From the human T2T-CHM13v2.0 reference genome, Homo sapiens, in assembly GCF_009914755.1 (NCBI RefSeq), contig NC_060947.1: DNA of 64,000 nucleotides; one strand, 5' to 3'. Both the position numbers and the translations under genes were made by a program. Shown here piece by piece: positions 1-39,352 of this stretch (positions are counted from its first letter, which is position 1; every line of letters begins with the position of its first letter). The notes under the pieces are model-generated. The model was not told where the DNA came from and did no database searches. It was given only the letters and a program-made list of their open reading frames with translations.

Positions 1-215
1 GACAGTGAGGAGGGAGGTGCCACACACTTTTCTAAACAACAAGATCTCGTGTGAACTCTGAGTGAGAACTCACTTACTATTGTGAGGAATAGCACCAAGC
101 TATTCATAAGGGATCCTCCCCCATGATCCAATCACCTCCCACCAGGCCCCACCTCCAACATTGGAGATTACGCTTCAACATGAGATTCTGAGGGACAAAT
201 ATCCAAGCCATATCA
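1..215 (-). mobile_element. MaLR LTR (MST family), cut by window edge
   Basis: Typical MST text (ccatgatccaatcacctcccaccaggccccacctccaac...ccatatca). Confidence 0.8.
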
Positions 216-639
216 GACTTAATACCTGAAACCGTAAAACTTTTAGAAGAAAACAAGGGAAAAGCTTCTTGACATTCATCCTGGCAATGAGTTTTTGTAT
301 ATGACTCTAATAGCACAGGCACCAAAAACAAAAATAGACAAGTGGGATTGCATCAAACTAAAATGCTTCTGCACAGCAAAGAAACCCCATCAACAGAGTG
401 AAAAAGCATCCTACAAAATGAGACAAAATATTTGCAAACCATATATCTGATGAGGAATTAATGTGCAAGATATGTAAGGAACTCATACAACTCAATAGCA
501 AAACAAAAAACAAAACAAAACAAAACAAAAACCAGATAGCTCAATTTAAAAATGGGCAAATGATCTGAATAGACCATTTCTTCAAAGAAAATATACAAAT
601 GGCCAACAGGTGTATGAAAAAGTGTTGAACATTACTAAT

Positions 640-1027
640 TGATATGGTTTGGCTCTGTGTCCCCACCCAAATCTCTTGTTGAATTGTAACCCCCAGTGTT
701 GGGGGAGAGGCCTGGTGGGAGGTGATTGGATCATAGGGGTGGATTTCCCTTTTGCTGTTGTCATGATAATGAGTTCTCATGAGATTTAGTTGTTTGAAAG
801 TGTGTAGCACTTCCCCCTTCACTCTCTCTTCCTTCTGCTCCAGCCATGTAGGATGCGCCAGCTTCCCCTTCACCATCTGCCATGATTGTAAGTTTCCAGA
901 GCCCCTGCCACCCCAAGCCTTGCTTCCTGTACAGCCTGTAGAACCGTGAGCCAATTAAACCTCTTTTCTTTATAAATTACCCAGTCTCTGGTAGTTCTTT
1001 ATAGCAATGTGAGAACGAACTAATACA
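640..1027 (+). mobile_element. MaLR solo LTR (MSTA-like)
   Basis: tgatatggtttggctctgtgtcccc...gaactaataca; 5-bp TSD ctaat on both sides. Confidence 0.88.
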
Positions 1028-1257
1028 CTAATCATCAGAAAAATTCAAATCAACACCACGATGGGACATCACCTCACACCTGTTTGTATGACTATTATCA
1101 AAAAGTCAAAAGATAATGTGTCATTGAGGAATGGAGAAAAGGGAGCCCTTGTACACTGTTGGCAATGTAAATCTGTACAATCATTATGCAAAATAGTAGG
1201 AAGGTTAATAAAAAATAATAAAACTACTATATGATATAGCCATTTCACTTCTAGGTA

Positions 1258-1644
1258 CAGTCATCTTTCAGTATCTGCTGGGGATTTGTTCCAGGACCCT
1301 CTGTGGATACCAAAATCCACAGATACTCAAGTCCCTTATATAAAATGGCATAGTATTTGCATATAACCTACAAACATCCTCCTATATACTTTACATCATC
1401 TCTAGATTACTTATAATATCTAATACAATGAATATGCTATGTAAATAGTTGTTATACTGTATTATTTAGGGAATAATATAAATAATACAGTATAACAACT
1501 GTATTAGGTAGGAATAGGAAAGTAGTAGGAAAAAAGTATCTACATGTTTGGTACAGATGCAACCATCCTTTTTTCCCAAGTATTTTCAATCCCCAGTTGG
1601 TTAAATACATGGATGTGGAACCCAGGGTCACAGAGGGCTAACTG
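1258..1644. mobile_element. MER2 (TcMar-Tigger MITE)
   Basis: cagtcatctttcagtatc...agagggctaactg termini, TA TSD, internal gtatttgcatataaccta motif. Confidence 0.8.
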
Positions 1645-1917
1645 TATGTATGCAAAGGAACTAAAATCAGGATTTTGAGATATCTGCACTCACATATTCA
1701 TTGCAGCATTATTCACAATACCCAAGATATGGAAACAACCTAATACCTGTTGATGGATAAATGGATAAAGAAAATATGGTATGTATATACACACACACAG
1801 GATATACATATGCATGTATATACAAAATGTGGTATGTATATATACACACACACACAGGATATTGTATATACGTATATATATGTATGTATCTATATACACA
1901 CACACACACCCATATCG

Positions 1918-2403
1918 GCCTTAGTCAGTTTGTGTCACTATAAAGGAATACCTGAGGAAGAGTAACTTTTTTTCACATTTTCTGTCACTCCTAGGGTAAT
2001 TTATTTTAAAACGAGGTTTATTTGATTAACGGTTTTGCAGGCTGTACAAGGTGGTGCCAGTATCTGCTTCTGATGAGGGCTTCAGGCTGCTTCCACTCAT
2101 GGTAGAAGGCAAAGAGAAGCTAGCCTGCGCAGAAATCACATGGCTAGAGAGTGGAAGCAAGACAGAGAGCAGAGGGAGATGACAGGCTCTTTTAAATAAC
2201 CAGCTCTAGCAGGAACTAATAGAGAGAACTCACTCATTACCATGAGGACTGCACCAAGCCATTCATGAGAGATCTGCCTTCATCACCTTCATGATGCAAA
2301 CACCTCCCACTAAGCCCCACCTCCAACATTAGGGATGAAATTTCAACATGAGATTTGGTTGGGGGGTGGGGGGCGGGTGGCGTCAAACATTGAACCCATA
2401 CCA
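1918..2403 (-). mobile_element. MaLR LTR (MSTC/D-like)
   Basis: cttagtcagtttgtgtcactataaaggaatacctgagg...cacctccaacattaggg...aacccatacca. Confidence 0.75.
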
Positions 2404-3066
2404 CAGCCTTAAAAGAAAAGGAAATTGTCTCATTTGAAACTATATGGATAAATCTGGATGACATTATGCTAAATGAAATAAGCCAGGCACAGAAAAGCAA
2501 ATACTACATGATCTCACTTATATGTAAAATGAAAAGAGTCAAACTTACAAAAGCAGAGAATAAAATGGTGGCTGCCAGGGGCTCAGGGGAAGGGGAAATA
2601 GGGCGATGTTAGATAAAGCATACAAAGTTTCAGTTATATAAGATGAATAAGTTCTGGAGATCTAATGCACAGCATGGTGACTATAGTTAATAACATTGTG
2701 TTGTGTATTGTATAGGTGATTTTTTTCTAAGAGACTATATCTTAAGTGTTCTCACCACAAAAAAAAAGGTAACTATGTGAGGTGATGAATATGTTCATTA
2801 CCTTTATCACAGTGATCATTCCAAAATATGTATGTATATCAAAACATCAAGTTGTTCACCTTAAATACATAATAATTTTTATTTGTCAATTCTACCAAAA
2901 TAAATATTTCAAAAAAAAGACAAGTTCAGGCCGGAAACTGAAAGGACACAAATAGATCACCAGGCTAGTAAACCACCCTGCCATTCCAAAAAAGACATAC
3001 AAATCAGCTTAAAGGGCCTCTTAATGGCCAAATGTAGAAAGAGTTAACCATCAAAATAGTGTTTTA

Positions 3067-11277
<8,211 letters not shown>

Positions 11278-12313
11278 GAATAAAGATGGTGAAAGTAGAA
11301 TGAGAAATTTGATTTGCCATAGTTTCAGTGTATCACTCACGAAATGATACAGGTTTACAGTGAAAAAACCTGAAAGACACGATCTTAATCAAGAGATCAA
11401 AGCTAGCACCACCAATAATAGTATAAATCAATCCTGTATACCACCCAATAGGAAGCCATGAGTAGAACATAGAATTTCTTCTGTGGTTTTCTGGCCTCAA
11501 ATTCACAACCTGTTCTAATCATGAGGAAACTTTGGCTAAACCCACATTAAATCACATGCTACAAAATGACTGATCTGTAATCTTCAAAACTGCCAAGATC
11601 ATGAATAACAAGGCAAGAATGAGGAGGTGTTCCAGATTTCCAGATTGAAGGAGACTGAAGACTATGTATAATTCTAGATTGAAACCATTTTCTATACAGA
11701 ACATTATTGGAAAATTTGAATGACGTTTCCAAGCAAAGGATATACAGGAGTTCTTTGTACTATTCTTATAACTTTTCTATAAATATGAAATTGTTTTAAA
11801 AGTTTTTAAAGCCTAGAAGAATGTCTGATGTGACATATAACAGGCAACATATAAATGTTTACTGAATTAAGCTCTACATTATGACACCCAATTTGGGGAA
11901 AAAATAAGACCAATCTCACAAATAGGTACGATGTATGCAATACTGGGAACATTCTCCCTAATATCCAATTATATCTCCATTATTAATCCCTCTGTGATAG
12001 TAAAGACTGAAGTAGGCATAGGCGCTGAAATAGGAGAGAAAGAATGGAAAGGGAAGATAAAATGAAAAAGCAAAAAACTATGTATTTAGGAATTTTCATG
12101 AGATCCAGTCCAGGATGCAGGCTTTATCCTATCAAATCTCTCACATCTCCAAATCCCAGTATAGAAAAATACTATGGCAGTAAGATGATTAACTGCTATC
12201 AACCTTGTCAGCAGACAAACTCATTTTTTTCTTTCTTTTGTTGTATAGCATGAATATGGAGCAAATGTTATCAAAATGATTTGACAATAAAAGACAAAGC
12301 AAAGAAAATTTTA

Positions 12314-17775
<5,462 letters not shown>

Positions 17776-17816
17776 TCACATTTGTTTAATACCACCACCA
17801 ATTTCATCAGAAAAGA

Positions 17817-18281
17817 CTAAGTATTAGAGGGGGAGGAGCCAAGATGGCCGAATAGGAACAGCTCCAGTCTACAGCTCCCAGTGTGAGCGACGCAGAAGAT
17901 GGGTGATTTCTGCATTTCCAACTGAGGTACCGGGTTCATCTCACTGGGGAGTGCCAGACAGTAGGTGCAGGACAGTGGGTGCAGCAAACTGTGCGCAAGC
18001 CAAAGCAGGGCGAGGCATCGCCTCACCAGGGAAGCACAAGGGGTCAGGGAATTCCCTTTCCTAGTCAAAGAAAGCAGTGACAGATGGCACCTGGAAAATC
18101 GGGTCACTCCCACCCTAATACTGCGCTTTTCCAACGGGCTTAAAAAATGGCACACCAGGAGATTATATCCCGCACATGGCTCAGAGGGTCCTACACCCAT
18201 GGAGTCTCGCTCATTGCTAGCACAGCAGTCCGAGATCAAACTGCAAGGTGGCAGCGAGGCTCGGGGAGGGGCACCCACCAT
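17817..18281 (-). CDS. L1 ORF0 homologue, open for 154 codons
   Basis: MVGAPPRASLPPCSLISDCCASNERDSMGVGPSEP... matches the primate L1 ORF0 N-terminus; ATG in strong context gcaATGG; part of ORF 17817..18356. Confidence 0.6.
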   Translation of the reverse strand: MVGAPPRASLPPCSLISDCCASNERDSMGVGPSEPCAGYNLLVCHFLSPLEKRSIRVGVTRFSRCHLSLLSLTRKGNSLTPCASLVRRCLALLWLAHSLLHPLSCTYCLALPSEMNPVPQLEMQKSPIFCVAHTGSCRLELFLFGHLGSSPSNT

Positions 18282-18863
18282 TGCTGAGTTAGTTGTTTGA
18301 TTAGGTAAACAAAGCAGCCGGGAAGCTCGAACTGGGTGGAGCCCACCACAGCTCAAGGAGGCCTGCCTGCCTCTGTAGGCTCCACCTCTGGGAGCAGGGC
18401 ACAGACAAACAAAAAGACAGCAGTAACCTATGCAGACTTAAATGTCCCTCTCTGACAGCTTTGAAGAGAGTAGTGGTTCTCCCAGCACGCAGCTTGAGAT
18501 CTGGGAACGGGCAGACTGCCTCCTCAAGTGGGTCCCTGACCCCCAAGTAGCCTAACTGGGAGGCACCCCCCAGGAGGGGCGGACTGACACCTCACACGGC
18601 CGGGTACCCCTCTGAGACAAAACTTCCAGAGGAGCGATCAGGCAGCAGCATCTGCAGTTCACCAATATCTGCTGTTCTGCAGCCACCACTGCTGATACCC
18701 AGGCAAACAGGGTCTGGAGTGGACCTCTAGCAAACTCCAACAGACCTGCAGCTGAGGGCCCTGTCTGTTAGAAGGAAAACTAACAAACAGAAAGGACATC
18801 CACATCAAAAACTCATCTGTAGGTCACCATCATCAAAGAACAAAGGTAGATAAAACCACAAAG
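17829..18863. promoter_or_regulatory. L1 5'UTR bidirectional promoter (sense and antisense); YY1 site at about 17840-17849
   Basis: Intact CAAGATGGCC YY1 motif. Antisense promoter activity is an established property of L1PA 5'UTRs; activity of this copy is not shown. Confidence 0.7.
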
Positions 18864-19869
18864 ATGGGAAAAAAACAGAGCAGAAAAACTGGAAACTCTA
18901 AAAGTCAGAGCGCCTCTCCTCCTCCAAAGGAATGCAGCTCCTCACCAGCAATGGAACAAAGCTGGACGAAGAATGACTTTGACGAGCTGAGAGAAGAAGG
19001 CTTCAGGCAATCAAACTACTCTGAGCTACAGGAGGAAATTCGAACCAATAGCAAAGAAGTTAAAAGCTTTGAAAAAAAATTAGGCGAACGGATACTAGAA
19101 TAACCAATGCAGAGAAGTCCTTCAAGGACCTGATGGAGCTGAAAACCAAGGCACGAGAGCTACGTGATGAACGCAGAAGCCTCAGTAGCCGATGCGATCA
19201 ACTGGAAGAAAGGGTATCAGTGATGGAAGATGAAATGAAGCGAGAAGAGAAGTTTAGAGAAAAAAGAATAAAAAGAAATGAACAAAGCCTCCAAGAAATA
19301 TGGGACTATTGAAAAGACCAAATCTACGTCTGATTGGTGTAGCTGAAAGTGATGGGGAGAATGGAACCAAGTTGGAAAACACTCTGCAGGATATTATCCA
19401 GGAGAAATTCCCCAATCTACCAAGGCAGGCCAACATTCAAATTCAGGAAATACAGAGAACACCACAAAGATACTCCTCGAGAAGAGCAAGTCCAAGACAC
19501 ATAATTGTCAGATTCACCAAAGTTGAAATGAAGGAAAAAACGTTAAGGGCAGCCAGAGAGAAAGGTCGGGTTACCCACAAAGGGAAGCCCATCAGACTAA
19601 CAGCTGATCTCTCTGCAGAAACTCTACAAGCCAGAAGAGAGTGGGGACCAATATTCAACATTCTTAAAGGGAAGAATTTTCAACCCACAATCTCATATCC
19701 AGCCAAACTAACCTTCATAAGTGAAAGAGAAATAAAATACTTTACAGACAAGCAAATGCTGAGAGATTTTGTCACCACCAGGCCTGCCCTAAAAGAGCTC
19801 CTGAAGGAAGCGCTAAACATGGAAAGGAACAACTGGTACCAGCCACTGCAAAAACATACCAAATTGTAA
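18864..19869 (+). pseudogene. L1 ORF1p, disrupted
   Basis: MGKKQSRKTGNSK... stops at 19103; C-terminal half in ORF 19300..19869 (REWG; YPAKLT). Confidence 0.92.
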
Positions 19870-19917
19870 ACGCCATCAAGGCTAGGAAGAAACTGCATCA
19901 ACTATCGAGCAAAATGA

Positions 19918-23737
<3,820 letters not shown>

Positions 23738-23926
23738 ACAATGAGAACCCATGGACACAGGAAGGGGAACATCACACACCGGAGACTGTTGTGGGGTGGG
23801 GGGAGGGGGGAGGGATAGCATTAGGGGATATACCTAATGCTAAATGACGAGTTAATGGGTGCAGCACACCAACATGGCACATGTACACATATGTAACAAA
23901 CCTGCACGTTGTGCACATGTACCCTA

Positions 23927-25830
<1,904 letters not shown>

Positions 25831-25913
25831 AACCTCCCACCATAACTTCTTCCATTGCCTCGCCACCCATTCAGTCCTTAAACCCTTACAGTCTATTTTC
25901 TACTATTATCTTA

Positions 25914-26653
25914 TGATATAGTTGGAATATTTGTCCCTTCCAAATCTCATGTTGAAATGTGATGCCCCAGGTCAGGCATGGTCGCTCACGCCTGTAATCC
26001 CAGCAGTTTGGGAGGCCAAGGTGGGTGGATTGCTTGAGGCGAGGAGTTCAAGGCCAGCCTGGCCAACATGGCGAAACCCTGTCTCTACTAAAAATACAAA
26101 AATTAGCCGGGCGTGGTGGCATGTGACTGTAATCCCAGCTACTCTGGAGGCTGAGGCATGAGAATAGCTTGAACCCAGGAGGCAGAGATTTCAGTGAGCT
26201 GAGATCACGCCACTGCACTACAACCTAGGCAACAGAGCAAGACTCTGTCTCAAAAAAAAAGGAAGAAAGAAAGAGATGTGATGCCCCAATTTTGGAGGTA
26301 AGGCCCAGTGGGAGGTGTTTAGGACATGGAGTCAGATCTCTCATGAATGACTTGGCTCTCTCCCCACAGTAACAGTGAGTTCTTGCTCTAGTAGTTCCTC
26401 TAAGATGGCATTGTTCGAAAGAGTCTGGTATCACCCTCCCCTGTATCTCTTTTTCCCTCTCTTGTCATGTGACATGCCTGCTCCCCTTCGACTTTTGGCA
26501 TGATTGGAAGCTTACTGAAGTCCCTGGCCAGAAGCAGATGCTGGCATATGCTTCTTGTACAGTGTGCAGAACCGTGAGCAAGAATAAATCTTTTCTTTAT
26601 AAATTACCCAGCCTCAAGTATGCCATTATAGCAATACAAAACGAACTAAGACA
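25914..26653 (+). mobile_element. MaLR solo LTR (MSTB-like) split by an Alu
   Basis: tgatatagttggaatatttgtccc...gaactaagaca. Confidence 0.82.
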
Positions 26654-27004
26654 CCTTACTACTGAAACTGCTTTCTATGGTCACTATCATCTTCCTAAAC
26701 GTCAGGTCCAATGGCGTTTATTCCGACCTCATTTTCTTTTATTTCTCTGAAGCACTGGCCACTGTTGATCATCCTTTTCTCCAAACTCTCTTCTCGTGAA
26801 TGACCCACACTGTTCTAGTCCTCTTTCATCTCTGGTATTCCTTCTTTTTCGTTTGCTCTGCTTTTTGAAATTTTAATGTAATTAAATTTAATTTTTTAAA
26901 GACAGGGATTCACTCTATCACCCAGGCTGGAGTGCCGTGGTGTAATCATGGCTCACTGCAGCCTCAATCTGTGATCCTCCTGTTTCAGCCTCCCATGAAG
27001 CTGA

Positions 27005-27166
<162 letters not shown>

Positions 27167-29209
27167 TAGCAGTGTTTGCTCTACTTTCGACTGCACTCTC
27201 CCACCTCCCAACAACATGTAAATGTTTGTGGAATGAACAGGCTTTATTATCCTCCCTTTCCTGCCTCCAAAGATTCAATGGTTCAAGTCCTTCTCACTGA
27301 GCATAAATGATTGCTTCCTTTATATGTCTCCTGTATCTGTCCCTTCTTTCCCATTCTCATTGGTACTACTATAGTACAGGCTTTCACCAGTTCATGCTTA
27401 CACTATGCCTTGATTCTGTTCACTTTTCAATCAATTCTAAACACGATTACAGGTTACTCTTCACTAGGTGCCACCAAACCTCTTCCTAAACACTTTCAAT
27501 CACCCCAGTACCTTTAGGAAAATATCAAAAGTATTTTTTCAAAGAGGTATATTTGGGCTTTCTCAACCTGGCCCTACTTATTTCTCCAGACTTAGCACTC
27601 ATTGTGCCCTTGCAAAATACTTTCCTTCAGATAAACTGATCACACTCTTCCTTAAACGTGGCATGCACATTTCTGCCTATATGACTTTGCTCTGCCTGGA
27701 ATATTCTGTGCCCTCTTCCCCACTTTCCTAAGTCTGTTTCTTCCTTCAAAGTTCAAATCATGCTCTAAATCCTGTGTGTCTTCTACAACCCAGTCCACAA
27801 TAATCTCCCCACTTTTCTACACTCTTGTAGCACTTGCCTGTACTGGTGTTTTTCAGTCTTTCACATTTTACATACTACTGATCACTCTTTTGATAGGATG
27901 GGGGGTGCAAAAAGATCAGAAAGGAATAATAGGGGGAGAGCAGATTCATTTGTACCACACACATTTACATAATATATATTATATGCTACGTACTATGCTA
28001 GAAGCTGACAATGCAGATTAATTTTTTTACATTACTACTTTTTTAACTACTAGGAAAGATGGTGAACCAAAGTCCTTGATATAATAGAGAAAGCTGGCTT
28101 TCACTTGGCTTGTATCTCCAGGATAGCCTCCATCATAGTCTTTATAGGTAAGCTCATAGCCCCTTCCTCAGTGTGACCCTGTCAGCTTCTACAAGTGGTC
28201 CTACTTTAAATAGGGGAGGGAGCAGAAGCAAAACATACGACCCTTGCATCTGCAGATGATGCACACTGCAGAAAGAGGCATTGCCAGTAACCAAGGGAAA
28301 TGGGGAATTAGGAGAAACACCAAGATCTATAGTTATTTTTACAATTCTAAAAGATTACAGAAGGGTAATCTGGCACTTGCATACACAGAAAAGTATCCTT
28401 CACCTTGCAAGTGGATATAGGGATTGAGGAAAAATAAAATGTTAACAATTGTTAGGAAGGTCATGTGACCACTTTAGACAAAGTCTGTGTCCCACCTAAC
28501 CTAAGTCATTCATTTGGCACTTAATATTTTTCTTTTTCCAGTTTTAGAAAATGTATTCATGACCTATCTCTCAAACTAGCTTATAATTTTCTTAAGGAAA
28601 ATGACCATATATTACATCTCCACTCACACATAGCACTGAACACTGCATGTAGATCACTTATCTGTACAACTATTATAGTACCCAATTTTTTCTATCTTGC
28701 ATATGCATCCTTTATCTCACCAATTAAACTATAATCCTTGAGGATAGGATATGTGATTATTTGCATTATTCCACAAAACCTAGCATAGTAGTCTGTTCAT
28801 AGAAGATATTCCTTGTCTGTTGAATAACTTAATAAATAATAAAGCAATTATCTAACTGGTTAAATGGTAGGTGCCTAGAGAAAGATAAGGCCTCTCAGGA
28901 GCTTTATTAGGACAGAGAAAACTCATTATCAAACACCGCTATTAACCGCCATTTTAAAGATGTCTTCTCCCAAGCAAATATCAACAAAACTCATAAACTC
29001 TAATGGTGCGAATGTCTTAGAAATGAAAAATTAACTTAGAGCAAAAGGAATTAGCCTTCACCACAACTTCTGAAGATGTCATCACTTATCAAAGTCAAGA
29101 ATTATATAGTTCTCATTACTGATTATAACAACTAACACTTTTAACCAGCTATATAAAGATGCCATTTAGATATCAACATCCACCACACTGAACAAATGCT
29201 ACAAGACTT

Positions 29210-29760
29210 TCTGAAATCATAGGATCTTGGTGTTAAAAGGGACTTAAGGGTCATAGTAGTCAAATTTCCTACCAAATGAAGGAATTCCTTCTGCAATGTA
29301 TAATTCTTAGGATATTCACACCTTTGCTTACAAATTTCCAGTGAAAACAGATTTAAAATCTTGCAGGAAAGCTATTCCATTATAGGATTACTATCACTGA
29401 TAAAAGGCTACTCCTTATATTAAGCCAAAATCTGTCTTCCTATAATTTCTACCCATTGTTCTTCATTCCATCCTGTGGAGTTTAATTCCTTTTTAATACA
29501 ATAGTCCTTAAAATATTCAAAGAGAGCTATCATTCCTACTGTCTTCTTTTTCTGAGACAAACATCACTATATTCTCCAAATATTTTTCATATATTTTGTA
29601 CACCAACCCAGTGATTTTAAAATGTGATGCCTAGAAGTTATCACAATATTCAAAATGTGAATTAACTACCTAGATGAGGACACTATGTATCTATTAACAT
29701 AGCCTAGGACTGTGCTAGCTTTTTTTGCAGTTACGTCACATCACTGATTTAAGTTTGAGC
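29210..29760. mobile_element. Ancient CR1/L3-like fragment (similar pieces likely at about 51780-52320 and 62200-63340)
   Basis: Very degenerate resemblance only (atcataggatcttggtgttaaaagggactt...). Confidence 0.35.
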
Positions 29761-29786
29761 TTGTGGACAATTAAAACACATAGGTC

Positions 29787-31849
<2,063 letters not shown>

Positions 31850-32319
31850 TAATAACAGAAAGCAAACTCATCATAGCTCAAATGCACACCTAAGTGTATG
31901 ATGGCAAAAGGAGGAAACCCACAAGATAAACAGAGGTAAAGTATAACTTTAAACAGTGTATGATCTCAGCAGACTTTTAGAAAGCATCAATAGACAACTC
32001 AGAACAACTGCAAATGAGAAGGCTCTTTTCAGGCAAATATTTTAGGCAGACTGTGAATGTAAGAGAGAGTCACAGAGACAGGTGTTTCAAGTAGGGATTG
32101 CTGCCATAAATAAATGACAGATGTTACATGCAGGGGGTGAAAATGATGTTTAGCTGTATATCAGTCTTCTCACCCTTAGCCACCCCATAGATTCCAATCA
32201 GCATTAGTAACATCACCTTCAGATATAACAGAGATAAAAAGGTCAAATTAATATCCTATAAAAGGCCAGTGACATCTGACTTTCTTCCAATAGGCTATAT
32301 ATCATCACTTTTACTTTTA

Positions 32320-32559
<240 letters not shown>

Positions 32560-32569
32560 CTAAAAGTCA

Positions 32570-32662
<93 letters not shown>

Positions 32663-33780
32663 CTAGAAGAGAGAAATTAGAAAATAATTTTTAAAAATTC
32701 ATACCTCCCCCAAATTGGTGGGGGAATATTGGAGAAAATATTGAATCCTCTGTCCATATTCAGTCTTATAACTCACAGAAAACAAAAAGCAACAGTTAGC
32801 ATTTGTTAGAGTTCTGTGTTCTACTTTGAACTCCACAATTTAAAAGAAATGGTCATAAAGACAAAAATAATAGCAAAAATTAATAGACTTAAAAACACAT
32901 CTTCTGAGGAAATATTAAAAGAAAACGTTGAAGTAACTTAGATAGGAAGAGAAAGTTCTGAAAACTTAATGCTTCACATACTTGAAGAAAGGCATATGAT
33001 AAGCATTAGACTACTGGGGTTCTAGTTTTTAATTCCATCTGCAATAAAATTTGGATTAATCCAACAAATGTTTATTAAGTACCTTTATATTCCAGTCTCA
33101 CTGAAGGAGCTCACAGTATTGTAACTGGTAGATATCCCAACATGCACAAAAATGCAAAATGTGGAAACAGCCCTGGATGCGAACAGTAGGAACATCAGGC
33201 AATAGGCCTCCCCAAGAAAGGTATCTTCCTCCCTCCTCTCCAGAAAGGAACAGAGAGTACAATTACTTTGGCTGGACAGAAACAGAGTTCTAGGTGGCTG
33301 ACAACACAGGTTAATGAAAAACATCCAGTCCTACCTCTTCATCAGTCACTGGATTCAGGTTATAGTACACAGTGTGACACAATATTCATAGAAGATCATC
33401 ACAGAATTTCAAATCAAATATGAGCAAGAATTACCAAACAATTGAGGGAAACCAATGCCATGAAAGGACATCACACTCAACAAACAGAATAACTGAGAAA
33501 ATAGAATTGAGAGAGCTAGCAGATGGAAACATACAGAGATACCAAATTATAATCCACAGAGTTAAATAATAGTCACAATCAATAACATGCCTTTTCAGTT
33601 TTCATTATTAGGGATCAACAAAGCCCAAAATGCAAATGTTAGAGGTGACAGAAGGTGGAAGGTTAAAGGGAAAGAGAGATAGAAAGAATGGAAATATCCT
33701 CACAAAGTAGCAAGTAAAGAGATAAACTCCAAATTTGATTTTAAAAAAAAAAGAAAGAAAAGTTTAAATATATGACTTAG

Positions 33781-34913
<1,133 letters not shown>

Positions 34914-34924
34914 GAATTAGTTAT

Positions 34925-35333
34925 TGTTACAAGCAGAATTATGTCCCTTCAAAGTCCTACACTGTAGCCCTAACCTCCAACACCTCAGAATGTAACTGTA
35001 TTTGCAGATAGGGGCTTTAAGAAGTGATTGCATTAAAATGAGGCCATTAGGGCGGGCCCTAATCTCATCTGACTGGTATCTTTATAACCAGAGGAAATTT
35101 GGACACACAAATGGGCACGAAAAATGAGCACACACAGAGGAAAGGCCATGTGAGAGGACACAGCAAGAAGGCGAACATCTGCAAGCCAAGGAAAGAGTAC
35201 TCAGAAGAAATCAAACTTGCTGACACCTTAATCTTGAACTTCTAGCCTCCAAAACTGTGGGAAAATAAATATCTGTTGTTTAAGCCAACCAACCTGTGAT
35301 ATTGTGTTATGGCAGCCCTAGCAAACCAATACA
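34925..35333 (+). mobile_element. MLT1 (MaLR) solo LTR
   Basis: tgttacaagcagaattatgtccc...ctagcctccaaaactgtg...ggcagccctagcaaaccaataca. Confidence 0.82.
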
Positions 35334-35769
35334 GTGATACAAGCATATGACTAAGATACATAGAGGGAACCATGAGAGTGAAAACAGAAATGGTTATAGT
35401 AATAGCCTTAAAAGTGGCAAAGACATAGGCACAAGGCAATTCATTGCAGCATCCAAATGTCCATCAAGGGAGGCTGGTTGAACATAATAAGGTACATACA
35501 GCAATTGAAATACAGCTATTAAAAATAAGGAATATCTCTATATATTTCTATGGAGTAATCCCTAGGATATAATGTTAAACGAGGGGGAAAAAATCAGGTG
35601 AAGAAGAGTATATATGGACTGTTACCATTTATCTAAGAAAATGGCGGAATGAGGGGAGATATGAGTATATATTTGTCTGCTTATAAACACATATTTTATA
35701 TAAATTTTGTACATATATTTTAAAATATTTTATATTTTGAAATATAAAAATACATTATATAATCTCTTA

Positions 35770-35987
35770 CATGAAATGGTGTAATATTTGCATATAACCT
35801 ATACACATCTTCCCATGTACTATAAATCATCTCTAGATGATTTAATACAATATAAATGCTATGTGAATAGTTGTTATACTGTATTTTTATTTGTATTATT
35901 TTTTATTGTATTGTTATCTTTTTAAGACTTTTTTGGTAATATTTTCAATCCATGATTGGTTGAATCCAAGGATTCAGAAACATACTG
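35770..35987. mobile_element. MER2 fragment
   Basis: Shares atatttgcatataaccta...catctctagat...atagttgttatactgtat with the MER2 at 1258-1644. Confidence 0.7.
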
Positions 35988-36397
35988 CCTATAAATTATT
36001 CTGACAAAAATCAAACCTGTATCAGAACAAGCTTCTAGATCTAATTATCAGTTTACAGAAAATAAGGGTTAAAGGAAACGATGGACTATTAAGTGACACC
36101 ATGAAGAAGCACCAGAACCCAGAATTTAGAAAACTCTATAGGACAACCTCATTTCTTCAACAAATAAATCCGTTCAACAGATTTTTTTTTTTAAAAAAAG
36201 AGAAGAAAACATGTAGTTTCATTAAAACAGACATATTAACAAAATACAAAGTATGGATTATCTTTGGTCCTGATTTTAAGAAACCAATTGGAGAGGGGGT
36301 GGGAGGACTAGATATTTGATTTGGGGAAATCTTTGTTAGGTTTTATCAGGTGTGGTAAAGTGAACTGGGTTTGTTGAATATAAAAATACATTGTCTT

Positions 36398-37999
<1,602 letters not shown>

Positions 38000-38052
38000 A
38001 AAAATACATTGTCTTTTAGAAACACACACTGAAATATTTATGGGCAAAATTA

Positions 38053-39352
<1,300 letters not shown>

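Larger units (their letters stand above)
216..2918 (+). mobile_element. Old L1 (L1MA-type) 3' ORF2 and 3'UTR, interrupted by MST, MER2 and a second MST
   Basis: Degenerate ORF2 C-terminal motifs (aaactaaaatgcttctgcacagcaaa), L1MA-like 3'UTR, A-tail at about 2911. Confidence 0.8.

Noticed and set aside
1773-1910. Roughly 55-bp imperfect duplication of ggtatgtatatacacacacacaggat
   Set aside because: Slippage in a TA/CA low-complexity tract within L1; ordinary.
28121-28152. Plus-strand micro-exon-like pattern (tctccag...TAG|gtaagc) in unique sequence
   Set aside because: Isolated 26-nt candidate with no partner exons; expected by chance.
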